The notes beneath the pieces were generated by a model. That model had not been told where the DNA came from. It was given only the letters and a program-made list of their open reading frames with translations, and searched no databases. DNA of 64,000 nucleotides from Macrostomum hystrix (Eukaryota > Animalia > Platyhelminthes): the NCBI GenBank assembly GCA_950097015.1, contig CATNEN010000037.1, forward strand, positions 1,364,001 through 1,428,000, written 5' to 3'. This document shows positions 9,843 to 20,104 of this stretch, in pieces. A program made the translations under genes and the position numbers. The first letter of the stretch is position 1, and every line of letters starts with the position of its first letter.

Positions 9843-11509
9843 ATGCATTCAACCACAGATCAGCACCAGGGATCCAAGCCCATGCAGTCCCACCAGTCAA
9901 CATCCCAGCTGGCTGCACATCAGAACCGCACCGAGTCTCTGGCCATCACCCTTGATGCCTGGCGGCGGGTTCTGGTGCGTCTGGATGCTGCCCTACTCTG
10001 GGAACAACCGACCGCACTAGCCTCACTGCTTGGCATCGTTACAGTGATCTTTGTTCTGATTGGCTGGCTGCAGCCACCGCTAATCACCATGGCTGCCCTG
10101 GCCTGCCTGATGGCTGCTGTCTGCGACTACCTGGTGCCACGCGCCTCGCAGCTGCTGCTGCCAGCTGACTGGAGCCAGGTCAGGGCAAACTCATTGAGTC
10201 CTGTGCTGTATCTTGGTCTCTCATTGAGTCCTGTGCTGTATGTTGGTCCCTCATAGAGTCCTGTGCTGTATGTTGGTCCCTCATTGAGTCCTGTGCTGTA
10301 TGTTGGTCTCTCATTGAGTCCTGTGCTGTATCTTGGTCTCTCATTGAGTCCTGTGCTGTATGTTGGTCCCTCATTGAGTCCTGTGCTGTATGTTGGTCCC
10401 TCATTGAGTCCTGTGCTGTATGTTGGTCTCTCATTGAGTCCTGTGCTGTATGTTGGTCCCTCATTGAGTCCTGTGCTGTATGTTGGTCCCTCATTGAGTC
10501 CTGTGCTGTATGTTGGTCTCTCATTGAGTCCTGTGCTGTATCTTGGTCTCTCATTGAGTCCTGTGCTGTATGTTGGTCCCTCATTGAGTCCTGTGCTGTA
10601 TGTTGGTCCCTCATTGAGTCCTGTGCTGTATGTTGGTCTCTCATTGAGTCCTGTGAGCTGTATCTTGGTCCTGTGCTGTATGTTGGTCCCTCATTGAGTC
10701 CTGTGCTGTATCTTGGTCTCTCATTGAGTCCTGTGCTGTATGTTGGTCCCTCATTGAGTCCTGTGCTGTGTCTTGGTCCTGTGCTGTATCTTGGTCCTGT
10801 GCTGTATCTTGGTCCTGTGCTGTATCTTGGTCCTGTGCTGTATGTTGGTCTCTCATTGAGTCCTGTGCTGTATGTTGGTCTCTCATTGAGTCCTGTGCTG
10901 TATCTTGGTCTCTCATTGAGTCCTGTGCTGTATGTTGGTCTCTCATTGAGTCCTGTGCTGTATGTTGGTCTCTAATTGAGTCCTGTGCTGTATCTTGGTC
11001 CCTCATTGAGTCCTGTGCTGTATGTTGGTCCTGTGCTGTATGTTGGTCTCTAATTGAGTCCTGTGCTGTATGTTGGTCCCTCATTGAGTCCTGTGCTGTA
11101 TGTTGGTCCCTCATTGAGTTCTGAAATTCAGTATTCAGTACTAAATTGAACTCAGTACAATGTCTAGACTGCTATCTCATTCATCCATTGTCTCCAGGAG
11201 GACGAGCGGCGCTACTCAAATCTGTGCTCTCGGCTTGTGAGCGCCTGGGACACCGTGTCCAGCACCGCCGACAACCTAGTCAGCTGGCGTCGAGACAGGC
11301 CGCAGCTGTACTTGGCCATCACCGTGCCAACCCTAATTGGTTTCATTGTGCTTGGCGAGCGCATCAACAATTTGTTCCTAGCCTACCTGATTGTTGTGGG
11401 CCTGCTGCTGACGCCAGGCCTTCGCAAATCTGGCCTGCCGCAGCGCCTACTGGCCGGCCTGCTGGGTCGCCTACGCGGCGCTGTCGGCGGCGGACGCAAA
11501 AGTGATTGA
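9843..11509 (+). CDS. ARL6IP1: ARL6IP1 (ER-shaping reticulon-like protein), 2 exons, about 215 aa
   Basis: join(9843..10178,11198..11509), phase-0 GT-AG. LLWEQP, DYLVP, EDERRYSNLCSRLV and NNLFLAYLIV..LLLTPGL match the ARL6IP1 family pattern. Confidence 0.88.
10190..11120. repeat. 30-bp minisatellite filling ARL6IP1 intron
   Basis: Unit tcattgagtcctgtgctgtatgttggtccc. Confidence 0.95.
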
Positions 11510-12345
11510 TTAATCATTGATCTATCGGGTTGATTCATCGATGGATTGACTCTGTGTTGATAGATCCATGGGCCTGTAGGCTCAGTTGATTCATTTATTC
11601 GTAACTTATTTCGATTTTCTCGATTCTTTATCAATTGATTTTTCCTCATAATATTAATCATAAGTTTAGTCGGTTTTTAAACGCTTAAATTGTCAATCGA
11701 TAATTTTTTGCTCTGCGAAAATAGCAATTGATTTAGGCCCTTTCGCATCACCCCTACTGACAGTAGAAGTGATCCAAATTGTCTGTTCTCTAGTTTTGTA
11801 TATTAAGGTGAGCTAGACTGCCTTGGCCGAATTTCTACGGACATTTCTTTGCAGTTTTTTAATTATAATTAGATTGTGCAACGTCTTGTCTGTGCTTTAT
11901 GAAATTTGCGATTGTAATAATAAAGTTGCAAAACATCACTCGTATGTCACCTAATTCTACATGTATGTATTCAGTTAAAGTAGGTATATTTTTTGCTTTT
12001 CAATTTTTGTCTATTCTCGCGACCTAGTTTGTCTCTATTGCATGTGTACTCTTCTTTCATTTGTCCAGCTTTTTTTGTTACATCAAATTTCGCTACTCGT
12101 GCGCAAATTAGTCTACTGTTAGTAAGCTACTTAGTATGTAGTAAATATTGACAGAATGGCTTAAGCGACCCAAATTCATACAGCTGCTTTTTAAAATAAC
12201 GACTGCTTGTAAGATGATTGACGGTACTCTACTTGACCGTTATTTTCGGTCACAAATCTTTCATCGTTATGTTTTTGAAATCAAATTGTGTGTTGGACAA
12301 TTATATTATGCAATTCTAATGTATGATTTAGTATTACATAATACA

Positions 12346-13193
12346 TAAGGCTTCCAGTTTGAGTCTAAGGCTTCCAGTTTGAGTCTAAGGCTTCCAGTTT
12401 GAGTCTAAGGCTTCCAGTTTGAGTCTAAGGCTTCCAGTTTGAGTCTAAGGCTTCCAGTTTGAGTCTAAGGCTTCCAGTTTGAGTCCAAGGCTTGCAGTTT
12501 GAGTCCAAGGCTTGCAGTTTGAGTCCAAGGCTTCCAGTTTGAGTCCAAGGCTTCCAGTTTAAGTCTAAGGCTTCCAGTTTGAGTCTAAGGCTTCCAGTTT
12601 GAGTCCAAGGCTTCCAGTTTGAGTCTAAGGCTTCCAGTTTGAGTCTAAGGCTTCCAGTTTGAGTCCAAGGCTTCCAGTTTGAGTCCAAGGCTTCCAGTTT
12701 GAGTCCAAGGCTTCCAGTTTAAGTCTAAGGCTTCCAGTTTGAGTCTAAGGCTTCCAGTTTGAGTCTAAGGCTTCCAGTTTGAGTCTAAGGCTTCCAGTTT
12801 GAGTCCAAGGCTTGCAGTTTGAGTCCAAGGCTTGCAGTTTGAGTCCAAGGCTTCCAGTTTGAGTCCAAGGCTTCCAGTTTAAGTCTAAGGCTTCCAGTTT
12901 GAGTCTAAGGCTTCCAGTTTGAGTCCAAGGCTTCCAGTTTGAGTCTAAAGCTTCCAGTTTGAGTCCAAGGCTTCCAGTTTGAGTCCAAGGCTTCCAGTTT
13001 GAGTCCAAGGCTTCCAGTTTGAGTCTAAGGCTTCCAGTTTGAGTCTAAGGCTTCCAGTTTGAGTCTAAGGCTTCCAGTTTGAGTCCAAGGCTTCCAGTTT
13101 GAGTCTAAAGCTTCCAGTTTGAGTCTAAGGCTTCCAGTTTGAGTCCAAGGCTTCCAGTTTGAGTCCAAGGCTTCCAGTTTGAGTCTAAGGCTT
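12346..13193. repeat. 20-bp minisatellite (intergenic)
   Basis: Unit aaggcttccagtttgagtct, about 42 copies. Confidence 0.97.
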
Positions 13194-13267
13194 AAATAGA
13201 TAATTTTCTGTTTGCTCGGTTTAAATCGCATTAAAATGTGTCTTTACGAATACTTCAATGGTAAAAT

Positions 13268-13410
13268 GGGTTGTAGCCTAGTGGTTAGAGCGTAGGACTC
13301 ACAACTTACAGGTCTTGGGTTTGATTTCCGAGCCACTGGGACAAATCGTGTATTTCAGCAAGACACTAAACTCTTCACTGCTTCAGTTCGCCCAGCTGTT
13401 AAGAGTTCAT
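13268..13410 (+). mobile_element. tRNA-derived SINE, family B (partial)
   Basis: A box tagcctagtggttagagcg and degenerate B box. The gcttcagttcgcccagctgt segment is shared with 57434-57670. Confidence 0.65.
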
Positions 13411-13528
13411 GGAATTATGAATAACAGTAACAATATAGTGTTAAAGTGATTGCCTTTAAAATCTTACCTTTTCAGTTTTTAAAATTAGCATTTCTTATTT
13501 CAGCTATAAAATATTATAAGTATCAAAC

Positions 13529-16404
13529 ATGCTTACTGTAAGTAGGAGACTGCGAGCATCGCTACTAACTGCCGCCTGTCATTGTCAGGTGAATAGCAGA
13601 TTGCAGTCGTCAATTTTGACGCTTGATGAAAGAAAAATTTCAGAAAAAGCGGCCGTGTCCTACACGCTGACAATGAATAGTCCGCCAGCTAATACTTTCA
13701 CTGAGGCATTTCTCAACCAGTTCATTGACGCTATGCACAATCTCACTGAGCAGAGGGGCGTCCGCTCTCTGGTTATTAAATCGGTGCGCGCTGTTGATAT
13801 GTCCTCAGATTTGGAGGTGTCAGGTTCTGGAATGTCCTCAGGTTCTCAGTTGCCATGTCCTCAGGTTTGAGGAAGGAGGTGTCAGGTTTGGGGAGGTGTC
13901 AGTTTTGGAGAAGAGGTGTCAGGTTCGGGGAGGGGGTGTCAGTTTTGAGAAGGAAGTGTCAGGTTTGGGGAAGGAGGTGTCAGGTTCGGGGAAGGAGGTG
14001 TCAGGTTTGGGGAGGAGGTGTCAGGTTCGGGGAAGGAGGTGTCAGGTTTGGGGAGGTGTCAGGTTTGGGGAAGGAGGTGTCAGGTTTGGGGAGGAGGTGT
14101 CAGGTTCGGGGAGGTGTCAGGTTCGGGGAAGGAGGTGTCAGGTTTGGGGAGGTGTCAGGTTTGGGGAAGGAGGTGTCAGGTTTGGGGAGGAGGTGTCAGG
14201 TTCGGGGAGGTATCAGTTTTGGGGAGGGGGTGTCAGGTTCGGGGAGGAGGTGTCAGTTTTGAGAAGGAAGTGTCAGGTTTGGGGAAGGAGGTGTCAGGTT
14301 CGGGGAAGGAGGTGTCAGGTTTGGGGAGGAGGTGTCAGGTTCGGGGAGGTGTCAGGTTCGGGGAAGGAGGTGTCAGGTTTGGGGAGGTGTCAGGTTCGGG
14401 GAAGGAGGTGTCAGGTTTGGGGAGGAGGTGTCAGGTTCGGGGAGGTGTCAGGTTCGGGGAAGGAGGTGTCAGGTTCGGGGAAGGAGGTGTCAGGTTTGGG
14501 GAGGAGGTGTCAGGTTCGGGGAGGTGTCAGGTTCGGGGAGGTGTCAGGTTCGGGGAAGGAGGTGTCAGGTTTGGGGAGGTGTCAGGTTTGGGGAGGAGGT
14601 GTCAGGTTTGGGGAAGGTGTCAGGTTTGGGGAGGTGTCAGGTTAGGGGAAGGAGGTGTCAGGTTTGGTGAAGGTGACAGGTTTGGGGAATGCGCTTAAAG
14701 TTTTTTGTAATTCCGATTTCCTGTTAAGGCTGATATTAGCTTAGGAAATTAATAAGAGAAGAAATCAGTTTTTTGTCCTAAGGATTAAATGCCTGATCCT
14801 ACTCCTGCTTCTCACAGGCTCTGCCAACAATATTCTCATCCGGCTTCGATCTCAACGTACTCTGTCGGCCGAGCTCTCGCGGACATCTGAAAGCATTCTT
14901 GAAGCTTTTCCGCGAAGCATTTCACAGTCTCTACACTGCCCCGTTCTATACCGTGGCTCTGATTGCTGTAAGTCTATGGCTGCGCTACCTACCTAAATAA
15001 ATTTTTTTTCCTTTTGAACCTAAAATACTTCGCTTAGTTACCATAGAATCTAAGGAACACTACCATCCGTGTGGTTACCATAGCAACCAACTATTATTAG
15101 GGCCACGCTCCGGCTGGCGGCTGCGCTCTGGCTTTGGCCTGCGATTATCGAGTGGCACTGGACAGCGATCGGATTAAAATAGGCTTAACGCCGACTAAAG
15201 TGGTGAGCAGTGTGAAATTCTGATGATATAAAAATTCTAAGTAAATTATAACACAGTAAAATATGATATTAAACCTTTGTCTTCTTCTTTCATTTTCCTT
15301 CTAGGGAATTACGCCGCCCGAATGGTAAGTCGACCAGTCTATCCAGTCTACCCAGTCTACCCAGTCTACCCAGTCTACCAGACTACCAATCTATCCAGAG
15401 TACCAGTCTACCCAGTCTACCAGACTACCAATCTATCCAGAGTACCAGTCTACCCAGTCTACCCAGTCTACCAGTCTACCAGTCTACCAGTCTACCTTGA
15501 CTATTAATCTACCCAGTCTACCCAGTCTACCAGTCTACCAGTCTACCTTGACTACTAATCTATCCAGTCATCCCAGTCTACCAGTCTACCTGTCTACCCT
15601 GACTACCTGTCTACCCTGACTACCTGTCTACCCTGACTACCTGTCTACCCTGACTACCTGTCTACCCTGACTACCTGTCTACCCTGACTACCTGTCTACC
15701 CTGACTACCTGTCTACCCTGACTACCTGTCTACCCTGACTACCTGTCTACCCTGACTACCTGTCTACCCTGACTACCTGTCTACACAGTCTACATAGTCT
15801 ACACACTATACCAGTCTATCCAGTCCACCTAGACTGCCAGTCTACCCAGTCTTCCCAGAGTACCAGTCTACCTAGAATACCAGTCTACCTAGACTACCAG
15901 TCTACCTAGACTACCAGTCTACCTAGAATACCAGTCTACCTAGAATACCAGTCTACCTAGACTACCAGTCTACCTAGAATACCAGTCTACCTAGAATACC
16001 AGTCTATCCAGACTTCTGGTCCATCCACTGTCATCACAGAATATCCCAATTGATCAGCCAGTGGCCAATCCCATAGGTTAATTCGCCTGGCAGAGAGTCG
16101 CTTCGCCAGTTCTCACGCCTGCGAACGCGCTGTATTGCCAGCCCAACTGTACAGTCCGCGCCAAGCTCTTGGCCTAGGCCTTGTCGACGAGCTGTTCGAC
16201 TCGCCAGAAGCTTTGGATCAGGCTATTAATAAGCTACTGAGCAGAGTTCATTCAGCTGATGCTGGAGCTGTTAACGCCGTGCGCACCGCCCTTAGCCGAC
16301 CAGTCCTTAGCTCCATGTCCGACGAAGCGGATTTGGACCAATTTGTTGACAGCATTCTGAGGCCCGAGTGTCAGTCACTTCTGGCTGGCGCTATGAAGCG
16401 CTGA
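13529..16404 (+). CDS. ECI1: Enoyl-CoA delta-isomerase 1-like paralogue A (crotonase fold), 284 aa, catalytic Glu replaced by Pro
   Basis: join(13529..13783,14818..14967,15101..15202,15305..15324,16077..16404), all GT-AG and in phase. Motifs MNSPPAN, IFSSGFDL, GHAPAGGCALALACDYR, IGLTPTKVGI, ALGLGLVDEL. The N-terminus is presequence-like. Confidence 0.9.
13805..14690. repeat. G-rich about 18-22-bp minisatellite (ECI-A intron 1)
   Basis: Unit ggaggtgtcaggtt(t/c)gggga. Confidence 0.95.
15335..16010. repeat. Compound 8-18-bp minisatellites (ECI-A intron 4)
   Basis: ccagtctac, gactacctgtctaccct and ccagtctacctagaata units. Confidence 0.92.
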
Positions 16405-16639
16405 ACTAATTAAAAACTTGAACAATTTTCGGTACAAATCGCTTGAAATTCAACTGAACCGTATTTTGCAGCTTTACTGTTTGTTTGAATTAATTGAATT
16501 CATTGCTTTGCTTATAAAGATTGTTCGTTATCTACGAATGAAAATTTACCTATAGCTGGTTCTAAGCTGCTACTGCTTGTCTCTAGCTTGTTGTTACATA
16601 ATCTAGTTCGTTTATTAGACTTTTAACTTTATTACTTTC

Positions 16640-17425
16640 AGGGACTGGGTATTAGTCTGAGGTTTCACGAGCTGGGTATTAGCCTGAGGTTTCTAGCTTT
16701 CATGGACTGGGTATTAGCCTGGGGGTTTCTAGCTTTCAGGGACTGGGTATTAGCCTAAGGGTTTCTAGCTTTCAGGAGCTGGGTAATAGCCTAAGGGTTT
16801 CTAGCTTTCAGGAGCTGGGTATTAGCCTAAGGGTTTCTAGCTTTCAGGAGCTGGGTATTAGCCTGAGGTTTCTAGCTTTCAGGAGCTGGGTATTAGCCTG
16901 AGGTTTCTAGCTTTCAGGGACTGGGTATTAGCCTGAGGTTTCTAGCTTTCATGGACTGGGTATTAGCCTGAGGGTTTCTAGCTTTCAGGGACTGGGTATT
17001 AGCCTGAGGTTTCTAGCTTTCAGGGACTGGGTATTAGCCTGAGGTTTCTAGCTTTCAGGGGCTGGGTATTAGCCTGAGGTTTCAGGAGCTGGGTATTAGC
17101 CTGAGGTTTCACGAGCTGGGTATTAGCCTGAGGTTTCTAGCTTTCAGGTACTGGGTATTAGCCTGAGGTTTCTAGCTTTCAGGAGCTGGGTATTAGCCTG
17201 AGGTTTCTAGCTTTCAGGAGCTGGGTATTAGCCTGAGGTTTCAGGAGCTGGGTATTAGCCTGAGGTTTCAGGAGCTGGGTATTAGCCTGAGGTTTCAGGA
17301 GCTGGGTATTAGCCTGAGCTTTCAGGGACTGGGTATTAGCCTGAGGTTTCACGAGCTGGGTATTAGGCCTGAGGTTTCTAGCTTTTCAGGGACTGTGTAT
17401 TAGCCTGAGGTTCCTCGCTTTCAGG
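16640..17425. repeat. About 35-bp minisatellite between the ECI paralogues
   Basis: Unit ctgggtattagcctgaggtttctagctttcaggag. Confidence 0.95.
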
Positions 17426-17543
17426 CGCTTCAAAAGGATTTTTGTCTTTGAAGGTTTTCTGAACTTTAGGTTTTTTGGAAAGTGTTCTTATTTGAGACAT
17501 TTTAGACATTTAGACAGCTGAAGTACTTCAATTATCAATCTCA

Positions 17544-19382
17544 ATGATATCTACCACCCAATTCGCAGCCAGGGCAATGCTAACCAGTAGATTATTTTCC
17601 AATTCCTTACTGCGTTACGCGGGTCGCCGTCTCGTGAGCAGCCGCAGCAGCAGCAGCCCGACCGCTGTGGTGCAGCTGAATGAGCAGTCAGCAGCTGACG
17701 GTGTGGTGTCAATCGAACTTTGCCGCAGTCCAGCCAACGCGATGAACGGCGAGCTGGCCTCGCAGTTTAATCGGGCTCTGCTTCAGGCGGAGAAGAATGG
17801 CGCCAGGGCTGTCCTACTGCGATCCCAACTGCCGGGGATATTCAGCGCGGGATTCGAACTCACGGAACTGTTTGGCTCAAACAAGGAGCGGCTGGTTGAG
17901 TTTTATAGCGAAATACAGGAGCTGTTTCTTAACTTGTTCGGCACCGATTTGGTTGTGCTAGCTCAGATACAGGTTAGCAACTTAGCTATTAATACCGATC
18001 TGTTTTTTCTACGATTTGGAATGATCAGTCATGCTTCTAGTATGAGCAGCCATGATTGTAGAAGGAGCAGTCATGCTTATGGAATGAGCAAGGTTTTGCT
18101 TCTGGAATGAGCAAGGTCATGCTCCTGGAATGACCAAGGTCATGCTCCTGGAATGACCAAGGTCATGCTCCTGGAATGACCAAGGTCATGCTCCTGGAAT
18201 GAGCAGTCATGCTTCTGGTATGACCAGTCATTATTTTAGAATGAGCATTCATGCTTCTAGATGAGCAGTCATGCTTCTGGGTGAGCAGTCATGCTTCTGG
18301 ATGAGCAGTCATGCTTTTAGAATGAGCAGTCATGATTTCTGGGTGAGCAGTCATGCTTCTGGGTGAGCAGTCATGCTTCTGGATGAGCAGTCATGCTTCT
18401 GGATGAGCAGTCATGCTTCTGGATGAGCAGTCATGCTTCTGGATGAGCAGTCATGCTTCTGGATGAGCAGTCATGCTTCTGGATGAGCAGTCATGCTTCT
18501 GGATGAGCAGTCATGCTTCTGGATGAGCAGTCATGCTTTTAGAATGAGCAGTCATGATTTCTGGATGAGCAGTCATGCTTCTGGATGAGCAGTCATGCTT
18601 CTGGATGAGCAGTCATGCTTTTAGAATGAGCAGTCATGATTTCTGGATGAGCAGTCATGCTTCTGGATGAGCTGTCATGCTTCTGGATGAGCTGTCATGC
18701 TTCTGGATGAGCAGTCATGCTTCTGGATGAGCAGTCATGCTTCTGGATGAGCAGTCATGATTTTAGAATGAGCAGTTTTGATTCTAGAATAGGCTGAGGC
18801 GTCTAAATCTTAAATTAGTTCATTGTACTTGCTACTACTAGTCAGTAGTAGAAAAGTAGAAAAGCAGTAGAAAAGCATTTTCTATGTCTTCCTTATCTAT
18901 GTTTTGCCTAGGGCCACTGCATGGCAGGCGCCATGGCAATGTCTCTATCCAGCGACTACCGGCTAATGTCCAGCAATCCGAAACTGCTCACCGGACTCAA
19001 CGAGGCTCAATTCGGCGTTGCTCCGCCTCTTTGGCTAGTTGAGCTGTTTCGCTTCGTGGCTGGCACCAGAAACTGCGAACGCCTCGTTGTCACTGGCCAG
19101 CTGATGGGGCCGAAGGCGGCGCTCGAGGTCGGCCTAGTCGACGAGCTGTTCGACAGCGACGCCGACCTCATGAGTAAGACGGATGCCGCTCTGCGGCGCT
19201 ATTTGTCCGCCTCGCCGAAGGCTCGGGCCGACGTTAAGAAGATGCTGCGCTCTCCCCTGATCAATCGATTAGAGGACAGCCGGCAAGAGGATATGGACGT
19301 ATTCTGCAACTATGTGCTTGACGCCAGGGTTCAGAGCCAGCTTGGCCAGTATTTGGAGAAAATCAAGTCTAGAAAGGCCTGA
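17544..19382 (+). CDS. ECI1: Enoyl-CoA delta-isomerase 1 paralogue B, 299 aa, canonical active site
   Basis: join(17544..17972,18912..19382). Motifs RSPANAM, IFSAGFEL, GHCMAGAM, SSDYRLM, TGLNEAQFGV, ALEVGLVDEL. Confidence 0.93.
18020..18790. repeat. 20-bp minisatellite (ECI-B intron)
   Basis: Unit gagcagtcatgcttctggat. Confidence 0.95.
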
Positions 19383-19784
19383 AATTAATAGAACTGGCTC
19401 TGCTAGGGTAACTGTGAAGACATGGTAACTGTGTTTGTTTAAAACTAACCTTTTTTATGTGGGGATTTACTGAATTTAAATAGGGATTTGAATCCCTATA
19501 GAGACAGTACATGATTAAGAAAGGCACCTGATCCCTAAATTTGGGATTTAGAGTAGCATTCTTATTCACAGACACGTATTTAGACGTTAATTGAGTAGAC
19601 AAAAAATGTTTCTACAATTTCATTGCGACAAGTCCATTAAAAGTTAAATTTTTATTCTGATCATGGTTTTTATGTTTATTGGGAGTATTTTCTATAGAAA
19701 AATAAATGATTTGTCATCCAGTTTTTTCACCAAGATGAGTTGTTTATATTATGTTTTTATGTCTATGTCTATGTCTATGGGAGG

Positions 19785-19925
19785 TTGGCCTCAAGGGCGT
19801 AAAGTGCATGACAAGCCCCCAACCTTCTCTTCGCGGCTGCGCCCCAAATGAATGTGGCCTCGCAGCGGAATCGAGCTCGGATACATTGGTGGGAGAGGCA
19901 AATGCATTAGACGGCACCGCCTCTC
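19785..19925 (-). mobile_element. tRNA-derived SINE family A, 5' fragment
   Basis: Shares ggaatcgagctc...aaatgaatgtggcctcg...cctcaagggcgtaaa with four other copies. Confidence 0.8.
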
Positions 19926-20104
19926 ACCCCGCTTAAAGCATGTTAGGTATGAATGCCCAGATTTTCAGACAGCCGATATGTATAGAAAATGTTAAATTAA
20001 TGTAAACTGGCTTTCTAAACATTTTTAGCAGGCAATAAATTTAGAGGGAATCTTATTCTTCATGCGCAATGGCTAAGTCGCGCTGAACTTATTCAACAGC
20101 GGCG

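Noticed and set aside
12346-13193. Regular 20-35-bp repeats resembling CRISPR arrays
   Set aside because: The units are directly tandem with no unique spacers, there are no cas genes, and the context is eukaryotic.
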